Assembly (NCBI GenBank): GCA_040218735.1 | Contig: JAVJQW010000048.1 | Location: 32,001-96,000 of the forward strand | Length of the DNA: 64,000 bases | Origin: Deltaproteobacteria bacterium | Lineage (GTDB): Bacteria > Myxococcota > Kuafuiibacteriia > Kuafuiibacteriales > Kuafuiibacteriaceae | Reading direction: 5' to 3' | In this document: positions 38,489 to 50,105 of the stretch, one piece after another | How the letters are laid out: every line of letters begins with the position of its first letter | Numbering within the stretch: position 1 is the first letter of the stretch | Notes under the pieces: generated by a model | Seen by the model: only the letters and a program-made list of their open reading frames with translations | What the model was told of the DNA's origin: nothing | Database searches by the model: none | Position numbers and translations under genes: made by a program

Positions 38489-41400
38489 AGATCTCGAACG
38501 TCAGCATCGACCGACCCGTCTTCGCGGCGGCGGTCAACCTCGTGCTCGTGCTGTTCGGCGCGGTCATGTACTCCGGCATCGGCGTCGATCTCTTCCCGCA
38601 GGTCGACGTGCCCGTCGTGACCGTGACCGCCGTGTACCCGGGCGCCGATCCCGCCGCGGTGGAGACCAAGGTCGTCGACAAACTCGAGGAAGAGCTCAAC
38701 ACGCTCAGCGGCATCGACGAGCTTCGGTCGATCAGCCTGGAGAACGTCGGCCAGGTGATCATCCGGTTCGACCTCGAACGCGACGCCAACGTCGCGGCGC
38801 AGGAGGTCCGCGACAAGGTCGCGAAGGTGCTCGCGGACCTCCCGACCGACGTCGATCCCCCGGTCGTCGAGAAGTTCGACATCGGCGCCGCGCCGATCCT
38901 CTCCATCGCGCTCGCCGGCAAGGCGCCGCTGCGTGAGGTGAGTCTCGTGGCCGACGAGGTCGTGAAGTCGCGCCTCGAACGCCTCGACGGCGTGGGCTCC
39001 GTCGAGCTCGTTGGCCGGCGCGAACGCGAAATCCACGTCTGGGTGGATCGTGATCGACTCGGCGCCTACGGCTTGGCGGTCACCGACGTCGCGCAGGCGC
39101 TCGCCGCTCAGAACCTCGAAATCCCCGGGGGCCGCATCGAGGTCGGCGTCGAGGAGCTGATGGTGAAGACGCAGGGCGAGGTCGGTTCGGCCGAGGAGAT
39201 CGGTGACATCGTGATCGCCAGCCTCGGGGGTGCGCCCATCCGAATCTCGGACGTCGCCGAGGTCGAGGACGGTGAGGAGGAGGCGCGCAGCGCTTCGACG
39301 CTCGACGGCGTCTCCGCGGTCGCGCTCGTCATCCAGAAGCAGTCCGACGCCAACACCGTCGCCGTCGCGAAGGCCGTGAAGGCGGAGCTCGCCGCGCTCG
39401 CCGACGACCTCCCCGAAGGCATGGCGATCACGCTGCCGTCGGACAACAGCCGTTTCATCGAGGCGTCGATCAACGACGTGCAGTTCGACCTCCTCCTCGG
39501 CGGAATCCTGACGGTGCTGATCGTGTTCGTGTTCCTCCGCGACCTGCGCGCGACGCTGATCGCGGCGGTCGCGCTCCCCACCTCCGTGCTCGCGACGTTT
39601 GCGTTCATCGGAGTCATGGGCTTCACGTTCAACAACCTCACGATGCTCGCGCTGACGTTGTCGATCGGTATCCTGATCGACGACGCGATCGTCGTCATCG
39701 AGAACATCCACCGCCACCTCGAGATGGGGAAGGGACCGATTCAGGCGGCGCGAGACGCGACGAGTGAGATCGGACTGGCGGTCATGGCGATCACGGCGTC
39801 GATCATCGCGGTGTTCATCCCCGTGGCCCTGATGGAGGGCATCATCGGTCGCTTCTTCTTCCAGTTCGGACTGACGGTGAGCTTCGCGGTCGCGGTGTCG
39901 CTGCTCGTGTCCTTCACGCTGACGCCGATGCTGTCGTCACGTTTCCTCGCCAGTCACCAGACCTCCGGACGATTCTCGAAGGCGGTGGAGCGGGTGCTCC
40001 TCGCGATCGAACGCGCGTACCGACGGCTGCTCGACTTTGCGCTCGGACATCGCGTCGTGACGCTCGGGGTCGCGGCCCTCGCGTTCGTCGGTGCGATCGC
40101 TCTGCTGAAGTTCGTGCCCGTCGAGTTTCTCCCGCCCGAGGACAACGGCGAGCTCGACGTGAAGTTCGAGCTCCCCTCCGGTCGAACGCTCCAGGAGACA
40201 AAAGCCTTCGCGGGCATGCTCGAGGAGCGCCTCGCGCAGCTCCCGGCGGTCACGTCGTTGTTCACGACGATCGGCTCCGGCGCCGAGGGCCAGGTCAACA
40301 GCGGGCAGATCCACGTCAGCCTCGTCGAAAAGTACGACCGGCGGTTCACGACGCAGGAGGCGATCGACCACGTACGCGCGCTCGTCGGCGAGCACCCCCC
40401 GGCGCGCATCTCGGTGGAGCGCGTCGCAGCGATCCAGGGGAGCGGCAACCGCGCGCAGCTCATTCAGTACAACCTCCGCGGGCAGGACTTCGACGTCGTG
40501 CGCGACTCGGCGGACGCGTTGGTACAGCGCCTCCAGGCCACGCCCGGCTTCGTGGACGTCGACACCACGTACCGCGGCGGTAAGCCGGAGGTTCGCGTCC
40601 GGATCGACCGCGCGCGCGCCGCCGAGCTCGGCGTTCCGGTGGCCGTCGTCGCCCAGTCGCTCCGCGCGTTGATCGCCGGCGACAAGATCACCGACATCCC
40701 GGATGGCATGGACCGCATCGACGTTCGTCTGCGCCTGACCAGCGCGGAGCGCCGTTCATTGGAGGATCTCGCACGCATCAAGGTGCGTTCGACCTCGGGG
40801 GCGCTGGTGGAGCTGTCGAACCTCGTCGAGATCGAGCGCTCGGTGGGCCCCGCGCGCATCGAACGCCAGGATCGGCAACGACAGATCACGATCGTCGCGA
40901 ACCTCGAGGGCAAGACACTCGGCGAAGGCATGGACGACGTGCGCAAGATCGCCGGCGAGGTCGTCCCCGCCAGCATCGCGCAGGACTGGGCCGGCACCGC
41001 ACAGACCAGCGGCGACGCCTTCGGCGCGATGCTACGGGCGCTGATCCTCGCGGTGGGGTTGATCTACCTGTTGCTCGGCTCGCAGTTCGACAGCGTCGTG
41101 CACCCGTTCACGATCATGTTGTCGCTCCCGCTCTCGTTTGTCGGAGCCTTCGGCGCGCTGTTCCTCGTGGACGCGACGCTGAACATCTTCAGCATGATCG
41201 GACTCATCATGTTGATGGGCCTCGTCACGAAGAACGCGGTGCTCCTGATCGACTACACGGCGACGCTCCGCAAGACGAAGGGCCTCGACATCCGCACGGC
41301 GCTCCTCGACGCGGGGCAAGTTCGGTTGCGACCGATCCTCATGACGAGCTTCGCGATGATCTTCGGCATGATCCCCGTCGCGCTGGGCAACTCCCTCGGC

Positions 41401-41577
41401 GGCGAGACCCGCGCGCCGATGGCCATCGCGGTGATCGGCGGTCTGATCAGCTCGACGTTCCTGACGCTCGTCGTCGTCCCGGTCGTCTACACGTTGCTCG
41501 ATCGGCTGACGCTCGCATCCCGCGCCGAGCGCAAGAAACCTCGCGCCGCATCCGCGGAGCTCCTCGTCGCGAAGTGA
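38485..41577 (+). CDS. RND efflux permease (AcrB/AcrD/AcrF family)
   Basis: GTG 38485; [34 protein letters not shown] and RLRPILMT. Confidence 0.93.
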   Translation: MKISNVSIDRPVFAAAVNLVLVLFGAVMYSGIGVDLFPQVDVPVVTVTAVYPGADPAAVETKVVDKLEEELNTLSGIDELRSISLENVGQVIIRFDLERDANVAAQEVRDKVAKVLADLPTDVDPPVVEKFDIGAAPILSIALAGKAPLREVSLVADEVVKSRLERLDGVGSVELVGRREREIHVWVDRDRLGAYGLAVTDVAQALAAQNLEIPGGRIEVGVEELMVKTQGEVGSAEEIGDIVIASLGGAPIRISDVAEVEDGEEEARSASTLDGVSAVALVIQKQSDANTVAVAKAVKAELAALADDLPEGMAITLPSDNSRFIEASINDVQFDLLLGGILTVLIVFVFLRDLRATLIAAVALPTSVLATFAFIGVMGFTFNNLTMLALTLSIGILIDDAIVVIENIHRHLEMGKGPIQAARDATSEIGLAVMAITASIIAVFIPVALMEGIIGRFFFQFGLTVSFAVAVSLLVSFTLTPMLSSRFLASHQTSGRFSKAVERVLLAIERAYRRLLDFALGHRVVTLGVAALAFVGAIALLKFVPVEFLPPEDNGELDVKFELPSGRTLQETKAFAGMLEERLAQLPAVTSLFTTIGSGAEGQVNSGQIHVSLVEKYDRRFTTQEAIDHVRALVGEHPPARISVERVAAIQGSGNRAQLIQYNLRGQDFDVVRDSADALVQRLQATPGFVDVDTTYRGGKPEVRVRIDRARAAELGVPVAVVAQSLRALIAGDKITDIPDGMDRIDVRLRLTSAERRSLEDLARIKVRSTSGALVELSNLVEIERSVGPARIERQDRQRQITIVANLEGKTLGEGMDDVRKIAGEVVPASIAQDWAGTAQTSGDAFGAMLRALILAVGLIYLLLGSQFDSVVHPFTIMLSLPLSFVGAFGALFLVDATLNIFSMIGLIMLMGLVTKNAVLLIDYTATLRKTKGLDIRTALLDAGQVRLRPILMTSFAMIFGMIPVALGNSLGGETRAPMAIAVIGGLISSTFLTLVVVPVVYTLLDRLTLASRAERKKPRAASAELLVAK

Positions 41578-41581
41578 CGCC

Positions 41582-42223
41582 TCACAGCCCGGCGATCTGT
41601 TCGACGCGCTCGAACACTTCGTCGGGCCCCAGCGGATCGATCACCTCGGCCGAGAACGGCCCCCACCGCACCGCCACCGACCACATCCGCGCGGCCTTCG
41701 CCGCCTTCACGTCCACCGGCGCATCCCCCACGTACGCGGTGCGCCCCGCCGCCACGCCCAGCCGCTCCGCCGCGAGCAACAGCGGGTCGGCGTTGGGCTT
41801 CCCCTTCGCGCAGTCGTCGGCCCCGATCCGAACGGGGAAGAATCGGTCCAGCCCGGTAAACGCCACGGTCCGCTCGATCCCGACGCGCGACTTCCCGCTC
41901 ACCAACCCGAGCCGCACCCCCTTCGCCGCCACCGCCTCCAGCGCCGCAACCACCCCATCGAACACCCGCGTCCGCGCATCGTGGTGCTCGACGTAGTGCT
42001 CCCGATAAGTCGCCACCACGTCCTCCACCGCCACCCCGAACCGTTCCGCGTAAGGCGCCAACACGTCCACCAGCGGCTCCCCGATCCGCGCCAACCAAAC
42101 CCCGTCGTCCACCTCGGCCCCGTACTGTCCCACCGTGAACCGAAACGACTCCAAGATCAGCGCAACGCTATCCACGAGCGTCCCGTCCAAATCAAAGAGC
42201 ACCGCATCCAACCGAGGCCGCAT
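41582..42223 (-). CDS. HAD-family hydrolase (PpaX/phosphoglycolate phosphatase-like; alternative start 42235)
   Basis: FDLDGTLVDS, GKPNADP and YVGDAPVD motifs. Confidence 0.88.
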   Translation of the reverse strand: MRPRLDAVLFDLDGTLVDSVALILESFRFTVGQYGAEVDDGVWLARIGEPLVDVLAPYAERFGVAVEDVVATYREHYVEHHDARTRVFDGVVAALEAVAAKGVRLGLVSGKSRVGIERTVAFTGLDRFFPVRIGADDCAKGKPNADPLLLAAERLGVAAGRTAYVGDAPVDVKAAKAARMWSVAVRWGPFSAEVIDPLGPDEVFERVEQIAGL

Positions 42224-42279
42224 CCCGGTCGTCATAGCACCCCGAGCACCACCTTCACTCCGTTCTCCTCCACCCCGCA

Positions 42280-42515
42280 CCTGGGCACCCCGGGTCCCAC
42301 CCACCTGCCGAAGGGGGTCTCACCGAAAGAGGCACGGCGACAGCGAAGCCAAGGGCGGGGGTGCGGTCGGACCCCTTCGGAGCGTTTCAGTCGGACTCGC
42401 CGGCCGCCCAACCGTCCATTCCGAGATCCTGCGTAGGCCCGGCGCAGCCGACGGCCTAGTGGAGAAGGGGTCCGGCCGCGCCCACGCCCGAAGCGAAGCG
42501 GGCCCCTGGGCACCC
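42280..42515. mobile_element. Structured non-coding REP/MITE-like element bounded by 11-bp direct repeats CCTGGGCACCC
   Basis: Direct repeats at 42280-42290 and 42505-42515. Long inverted repeat GGGTGCGGTCGGACCCCTTC / GAAGGGGTCCGGCCGCGCCC, inner TAGGCC..GGCCTA stem and two GCGAAGC motifs. Confidence 0.5.
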
Positions 42516-42565
42516 ACGAACGCATCACTTGCCTCCCCACCCACCCCGTAGGAAGGTCCCCGCCC

Positions 42566-43827
<1,262 letters not shown>

Positions 43828-43828
<1 letters not shown>

Positions 43829-45138
43829 TGCGTTTCACACTCCGCGGCGGAAGACTCGCCCTCCCGACGGGCATCACGGACGGCGACCTCCGCGTCGTCG
43901 ATGGGAAGATCGACGCGATCGGCGAGGTCGAAGGCGACCCCGGCGAGGTCGTGGACGTCGCCGGGCTGATGGTGATGCCCGGCGTCATCGATCCGCAGGT
44001 GCACTTCCGCGAGCCGGGCGCGACGCACAAGGAAGACCTCGAGACCGGCTCGCGCGCGTGTGTCGCGGGCGGCGTCACGTCGTTCCTGGAGATGCCGAAC
44101 ACCAACCCGCCGACCACGTCGCGCGAGGCGATCCAGGACAAGAAGAACCGCGCCGCCGGTCGCGCGCGCGCGAACTACGGCTTCTTCATCGGGGCCACGC
44201 CGGAGAACGTCGACGAGCTCGTCGCGTGTGACGGTGCGTGCGGCATCAAGATCTTCATGGGGTCGAGCACCGGATCGTTGCTCGTGAACGAGCGCAACGA
44301 TCTCGATCGCATCTTCTCGCAGGGACGCCGCCTGATCGCCGTGCACGCCGAGGACGAGGCGCGTCTCATCGAGCGCTACAAGCAGTACGCGGATCGCACC
44401 GACCCCGCCGCGCACACCGAGATCCGCGACGCGAAGGCGGCGCTCCTCGCGACGTCGCTCGCGGTAGAGCTGTCCGAGAAGTACGACCGCCGGTTGCACG
44501 TGCTCCACATGTCGACGGGCGACGAAGCGGACCTGCTCGTCGAGCGCGGCAAGGGCGAGGGCCGCATCACGTGTGAAGTGCTCCCGCAGCACCTGCTGCT
44601 CAATTCGCCCCAGATCTACGATCGCATCGGCACCCGCGCGCAGATGAACCCGCCGCTGCGCGCCAAGGAGCACAGCGAGCGCCTCTGGCGCGGGCTGCAC
44701 GAGGGCACGGTCGACTGCATCGCGACCGACCACGCACCGCACACGTTGGAGGAGAAGGGCCGCGGCTTCGGCAACGCGCCGTCCGGGATGCCGGGCGTGG
44801 AGACCTCGCTCGCCGTGATGCTCGACGCCGCGCACCGTGGGCTGTGCACGGTCGAGGACGTCGTCCGTTGGATGACGGCGGGGCCCGCGGACGTCTACAA
44901 GATCGTCGGCAAGGGTCGGCTGAAGGTCGGCTTCGACGCGGACCTCGCGCTCGTGGATCTCAACCGCACCGAGAAGGTCGGCGCGCGCGGGTACTTCACG
45001 AAGTCCGGCTGGAGCCCGTTCGACGGAATGTCGATCACCGGCTGGCCCGTCCGAACCTACGTCGGCGGGAACCTCGCGTTCGCGGACAACGAGGTCCTCG
45101 ACGGGGTCTTCGGTGGCGAGCTCACCTACGCCCAGTGA
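43828..45138 (+). CDS. pyrC: Dihydroorotase (type I / cyclic amidohydrolase)
   Basis: ATG overlaps the nuoD stop. QVHFREPG, EMPNTNP, VHAED, MNPPLR, ATDHAPH and APSGMPGVE. Confidence 0.88.
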
Positions 45139-45790
45139 GGTTGCGCCGGACGACCGGCCGCAGGCGGCGCTGATCCGCGAGCACACCGTCGTCGCCGCGC
45201 CGTTCCTCGTCCCCGAGGTGCGGCTGCACCTCGTCACGCCCGAGTGCGCGCTGTGGAAGGCGACCGACGCCGACCTCGAACGGTTGGCGCTGCCCGCGCC
45301 CTACTGGGCGTTCGGGTGGGCGGGCGGTCAGGCGATCGCGCGCGCCATCCTCGACGGGGAGATCGAGGTCGCAGACAAGCGCGTCGTCGACTTCGGCGCG
45401 GGGAGCGGGCTCATCGCGATCGCCGCGATGCTCCGCGGCGCGACCTGCGCCCTCGCCGCGGACGTCGATCCGTTCGCCGCGATCGCGTGCCGCATGAACG
45501 CGGCGCTGAACGGTGTCGAGCTGGAGACCACCGTCGTGGATCTCGTCGGGCGCGAGGTGAACGCCGACGTCGTGTTCGCGGGCGACGTCACCTACGCCGC
45601 GGATCTCGCCGCCGCGGTACGCACCTGGCTCCTGGAGCTCGCCGCCGCGGGCCGCCGCATCTACGTCGGCGATCCGGGGCGCGGGTTCCTCGACACGGAG
45701 GGGCTGGAGCGCGTCGCGACGATCGACGCGCCGAGCGACGTGGACGTCGACGGGCAGTACCTGGTGCCGACGCCGATCTACGCGCTCTGA
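45113..45790 (+). CDS. Class I SAM-dependent protein (lysine) methyltransferase, METTL20/PrmA-like (start uncertain)
   Basis: PYWAFGWAGGQAIAR, VVDFGAGSGL, AGDVTY and GDPGR. Confidence 0.8.
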   Translation: MASSPTPSEVAPDDRPQAALIREHTVVAAPFLVPEVRLHLVTPECALWKATDADLERLALPAPYWAFGWAGGQAIARAILDGEIEVADKRVVDFGAGSGLIAIAAMLRGATCALAADVDPFAAIACRMNAALNGVELETTVVDLVGREVNADVVFAGDVTYAADLAAAVRTWLLELAAAGRRIYVGDPGRGFLDTEGLERVATIDAPSDVDVDGQYLVPTPIYAL

Positions 45791-46752
45791 AGCTCCGGCC
45801 CGCAGTCGTCGTCTTCGCACTGGATCACCTCGATGGTGAGGTGCACCAGCTCCTGGTGGCGGTCGGCGACGAGCGCCTTGTAGTGCTCGGGGGCCTTGGG
45901 CTCGTGGGTGACGACGGAGAGCATGCAGGCGAGGTGCGTCGGGCCGACGCGCCAGACGTGGAGGTCGGCGACGCGGTTGTCGTCCTTGCTCTCGATCGCG
46001 GTGCGGACGCGGTCGGCGACCGCCGGGTCGACCTCGGCGTCGAGGAGGACGCGGCTCGTGGAGCGCATGAGGTCGACCGACCACTTCGCGATGACCACGG
46101 CGCCGACGACGCCCATCAACGGGTCGAGGCCCGTCCAGCCCATGAAGCGCCCCGCGACGAGCGCGCCGATCGCGAGCACCGAGGTCAGCGCGTCCGCGAG
46201 CACGTGCATGTAGGCGGCCTTCAGGTTGTGGTCGTCGCCGTGGTGGTGGTGATGGTGGTCGTGCCCGTGGTGGTGGTGGTGGTCGTGGCCGTCGCCGCTC
46301 CCGGAGAGCAGGACCGCGGAGGCGATGTTGACGAGCAGCCCGAGCACCGCCACGGCGATGGCTTCGTCGAACCGGATGGCGATGGGCTCCATGAAGCGCT
46401 CGATCGACTCCACGGCCATCAGCACACCCGCGATCCCGAGGCCCACCGCCGACGCGAACCCGCCGAGCGCGCTGACCTTCCCGGTGCCGAAGGTGAAGCG
46501 GGGGTTGTCGGCGTGTTTGCGGGCGTAGGCGTAGGCGAAGGCCGCGATGCCGAAGGCGGCGGCGTGCGTGCCCATGTGCCACCCGTCCGCGAGCAGGGCC
46601 ATCGAGCCGAACCAGAACCCGGCGCCGATCTCGACGACCATCGTGACGATCGTCAGACCGATGACGATCCACGTCTTGCGCTCGCCGTCGGCCGCGGCGC
46701 CGTGCGCGAAGTCGTGGCTCGGCCGGTGGCGCTCGAGCTCCTTGGTGTGCAT
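45778..46752 (-). CDS. dmeF: CDF family Co/Ni(/Zn) efflux transporter with His-rich loop
   Basis: GSMALLADGWHMGTH, FTFGTGK, HDHHHHHGHDHHHHHHG and NLKAAYMHVLADALTS. Confidence 0.88.
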   Translation of the reverse strand: MHTKELERHRPSHDFAHGAAADGERKTWIVIGLTIVTMVVEIGAGFWFGSMALLADGWHMGTHAAAFGIAAFAYAYARKHADNPRFTFGTGKVSALGGFASAVGLGIAGVLMAVESIERFMEPIAIRFDEAIAVAVLGLLVNIASAVLLSGSGDGHDHHHHHGHDHHHHHHGDDHNLKAAYMHVLADALTSVLAIGALVAGRFMGWTGLDPLMGVVGAVVIAKWSVDLMRSTSRVLLDAEVDPAVADRVRTAIESKDDNRVADLHVWRVGPTHLACMLSVVTHEPKAPEHYKALVADRHQELVHLTIEVIQCEDDDCGPELQSA

Positions 46753-46808
46753 CGCCGCCTACGAGTTTCTCACGGATCGACGCCCGCCGCAGCGGGGGAA
46801 CCGGTATC

Positions 46809-49800
46809 ATGGGGACCGTGCGACGCGCTCTGTTCCTCCTCGCTCTCGGCCTCGTGGCGTGCGGTCGGAGCTACCCGCTGGAACCCCCCGAGCCGCGCGT
46901 GACGCTGTGGATCACGCCGTCGAGTCTCCCCGACGCCGTGATCCAGGCGTCCTACACGGGGGTCGTTCGTGCCCACGGTCCCGGACCCTGGTCGTGGTCG
47001 GTCGAAGGGGAGCTCCCCCCGGGGCTGGTGCTCGTGCCCGGGGAGGCGACCGCGACCATCGGCGGTGTCCCGCTGGCCGAAGGTGCGTTTGCGTTCACCG
47101 TCGTGCTGACGGGGTTCGCGGGTGAGACGGCGCGCGCCGACTACACGATCACAGTGACGGCTCCGGTCCGGCCGCTGGCGATCGTGACGACCGCGCTCCC
47201 CGACGCCTTCTCGGGGGCGCGCTACGACGAACCGATCGAAGCGATCGGCGGTCGCACGCCCTACGTCTGGTCGGTGACGATGGCCGCGCCGCCCGAGGGG
47301 TTGGAGCTCGTCCAGGACGGGGATCAGGCGCGCCTCACCGGGATGGCGTGGATACCGCAGAACGTCGTCTTCTGGGTGACGGTCGAGGACGCGGAGGGGA
47401 CTCGCGTCGAGAAGGCGTTCGGGCTTCGGGTGCGCGGGCAGGAAGCGCCGCTCGGAATCCGCAGCCCACGGATGTTGCCGCCCGCGCAGGTCGGCGAGGC
47501 GTACGAGCTTCAGATCGTCGGAAGCGGTGGCGTTCCGCCCTACGCCTGGACGGTGTCGAGCGGGAGCCTCCCGCCCGGCCTCACCCTCGAGACCTCGTTC
47601 ACTGGGGCGTCGACCCTGTTGCACGGACGCCCGACGCGCGTCGGCGACTACACGTTTCAGATCGAGCTCTTCGACGACGTCGGCAACTCGATCTCGGACG
47701 AGTTCACGATGAGCGTCGTCGACGCGGAGCCGCTGGAGATCTACACGGAGTCGTTCTCCGACGGGTCGATCAACGATCCCTACAACGCCATCGCGACGTG
47801 CACGCCGGGCTTCGACCCGTACCGTTGGAGCATCTCGGCCGGGTCGCTCCCGCCGGGGCTGACGATGGAGATCGACAACCGCGCGACGGTGCGCTTCTGG
47901 GGCCGCCCGTCCGTCGCGGGGACCTTCTCGTTCACGCTCCAGGTCGAGGACGGGAGCGGTCGCGTGGCGCGGCGCTCCTATCAGATCGAGGTGAGCGAGG
48001 ATCCCGTGTTGCGCATCATCGCGCCGCCGGCGCTCCCCGTGGCCGAGATCGGGCTGGCGTACGAGGTGGAGATCACCGCGGCGAACGGCGCGGAGCCGTA
48101 CACGTGGGCGGTGATGGGGCAGCTCCCCCCGGGGCTGACGATCGAGTCGATCGGGACCCCGTCCACGACGATCTCCGGCACGCCGACCGCGTTGGGCGCG
48201 TACACGTTCGACGTGCTTGCAATCGATCGCAATGCGCGCCGCGCGACGCGCACGTACACCATCGAAGTGCTGCCGAGCTCGGTGCCGCTGCAGATCCTGA
48301 CCTCGTCGCTCGACGACGGCGATCCTTGCGAGCACTACTTCGCGACGCTCGAGGCGGGCGGCGGCGCGCGGACGGGATACAGCTGGGCGCTGACGCAAGG
48401 TAGCTTGCCACCCGGGCTGAGCCTGTCCTCGAACGGCGCGCAGGGGGGCATCTCGGGGGTGCCGACGATGCCCGGCAGCTACACGTTCACGGTGCAGCTC
48501 ACGGACGCGCTCGGTGACACGGTCACGCGAACGCTCGCGCTGACGATCACCACCGACGCGGGGCCGCGCTTCGGGGTGATGGTCGGGTCGTCTTCGGGGC
48601 GCGGGATCGTCGTGCCGATCGATCTCTGTGCGGGGTCGCCGACGCCGCGACCAACGCTCACCAACGGAAGCTCGAACGACATCGGCGCGCTGCGTACGCT
48701 CGGATCGTTCGGTCTGTCGCCGGACGGTGCGTGGTTCGTCTACGTCGAACAGCGCAACGCGCAGTACGGCGTCTACGCGGTGGACCTCACCGCGATGACG
48801 CCGACGGCGCAGCTCGTCGCGCCGATCCAGAACGCCTCGGCGGTCCGGGTGCGGTGGGCGCCGGACAGCTCCAAGTTCGTCTTCTTCGCGCGCGCTGGGA
48901 CGGCGGGGAACGGGTTCTCGATTCACGCGGTCCACGTCGGCGCGACCGGCCTGTCCGCGCCGATGCGCGTGGACCCGCCGAGTGATCCCGCGGCCGGACC
49001 GAACAACACGATGTCGTGGTCGCCGAACGGTCAGCGCTTGGCGTTCACCGGGGACCACAACGTCGCGGGCACCACCGAGCTGTGGGTCAGCGACGTCTTC
49101 ACGTCGAGCGTCGCGACGCGGGCGGCGAGCGGGACGCTCGATACTTCGCAGGACGTGCTGGGGCTCGAGCCGATCTGGTCGCCGGACTCGAACCACGTGT
49201 TCTTCGCGGGCATCATTCGCGACGCGCGTCGCGAGCTGTTCCACGCCGACGTGCGGGTGACGCCGCCGACGCGTCAGCCGCTGGTCGCCGCGGCGCCGGC
49301 GTTTACTTCCTTCGTGAGCTGGCTGACGCCGTCGCCCGACGGGACGGCGTTTGTGTTCGCCTCCGACCTGATGACCGACAACGTGTCGGAGCTGTTCTTC
49401 GTGGACATGACCGCCGCGGCGTTCTCGGCGCTGCGGATCAGCCCGCCTTCGGCGTCGACCTCACAGCGGGTGAACGGGCCGGTGTGGTCGAACGGCTCGG
49501 ACCGAGTGCTCTACACCGTGCAGGCGCCGATGAGCGCGCCGGGGCGGCTGTACCTCTCCGATCCCACGGTGCCGACGATCGCGCTGCGCGTCGACCAGGG
49601 CTCCCCGTCGGGCGGCGGGGTGCGCACCACCGAAGCGAGCTACGCGTTCGCGCACGACGACTCCCGCATCGCCTTCCTCGCCGACTTCAACGTGCGTTTC
49701 CGGTACGAGCCGTACGTCGTCTCCTCCGCGCCCCTGATGCCGGTCATCGCCGGGCAGCACCAGGCGGGTGCGAACACCCGGGTGCTCCGCTGGGCGAAGG

Positions 49801-50105
49801 AGGCGGACCGCCTCGTCGTGCTCACCGAAGCGCCGAACAGCGGACCGCGCGAGATCTACGCGATCGACTTCACGACCGGCGGCGCCGGGGTGTCCACGCT
49901 CGTGAGTGGTATGAGCGGCAACGCTTCGTTCAGCGAGACCACGATCGCGGTGTCGCCGTCGGCGGGGCGTGTGTACTTCGGGCTCGCGCCGAGCTTCTCG
50001 AATCCGGCCCCGCACGTCTCGGACGTCGCCGGCCCGAACGCAAACATGCCGCAGGCGCTCGCTTCGGGCCTCGCGGTCGTGCAGTACTACGAGATGCCGT
50101 GGTGA
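46809..50105 (+). CDS. Lipoprotein with about 6 putative Ig (He_PIG) domains and a C-terminal TolB/WD40-like beta-propeller (start may be GTG 46818)
   Basis: Lipobox LVAC; repeated GG..PY.W....G.LPPGL units; repeated WSP[DN]G blades. Confidence 0.8.
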   Translation: MGTVRRALFLLALGLVACGRSYPLEPPEPRVTLWITPSSLPDAVIQASYTGVVRAHGPGPWSWSVEGELPPGLVLVPGEATATIGGVPLAEGAFAFTVVLTGFAGETARADYTITVTAPVRPLAIVTTALPDAFSGARYDEPIEAIGGRTPYVWSVTMAAPPEGLELVQDGDQARLTGMAWIPQNVVFWVTVEDAEGTRVEKAFGLRVRGQEAPLGIRSPRMLPPAQVGEAYELQIVGSGGVPPYAWTVSSGSLPPGLTLETSFTGASTLLHGRPTRVGDYTFQIELFDDVGNSISDEFTMSVVDAEPLEIYTESFSDGSINDPYNAIATCTPGFDPYRWSISAGSLPPGLTMEIDNRATVRFWGRPSVAGTFSFTLQVEDGSGRVARRSYQIEVSEDPVLRIIAPPALPVAEIGLAYEVEITAANGAEPYTWAVMGQLPPGLTIESIGTPSTTISGTPTALGAYTFDVLAIDRNARRATRTYTIEVLPSSVPLQILTSSLDDGDPCEHYFATLEAGGGARTGYSWALTQGSLPPGLSLSSNGAQGGISGVPTMPGSYTFTVQLTDALGDTVTRTLALTITTDAGPRFGVMVGSSSGRGIVVPIDLCAGSPTPRPTLTNGSSNDIGALRTLGSFGLSPDGAWFVYVEQRNAQYGVYAVDLTAMTPTAQLVAPIQNASAVRVRWAPDSSKFVFFARAGTAGNGFSIHAVHVGATGLSAPMRVDPPSDPAAGPNNTMSWSPNGQRLAFTGDHNVAGTTELWVSDVFTSSVATRAASGTLDTSQDVLGLEPIWSPDSNHVFFAGIIRDARRELFHADVRVTPPTRQPLVAAAPAFTSFVSWLTPSPDGTAFVFASDLMTDNVSELFFVDMTAAAFSALRISPPSASTSQRVNGPVWSNGSDRVLYTVQAPMSAPGRLYLSDPTVPTIALRVDQGSPSGGGVRTTEASYAFAHDDSRIAFLADFNVRFRYEPYVVSSAPLMPVIAGQHQAGANTRVLRWAKEADRLVVLTEAPNSGPREIYAIDFTTGGAGVSTLVSGMSGNASFSETTIAVSPSAGRVYFGLAPSFSNPAPHVSDVAGPNANMPQALASGLAVVQYYEMPW

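Noticed and set aside
46228-46290. (GTG)n microsatellite as a phase-variation tract
   Set aside because: Encodes the normal His-rich loop of DmeF-type CDF transporters.
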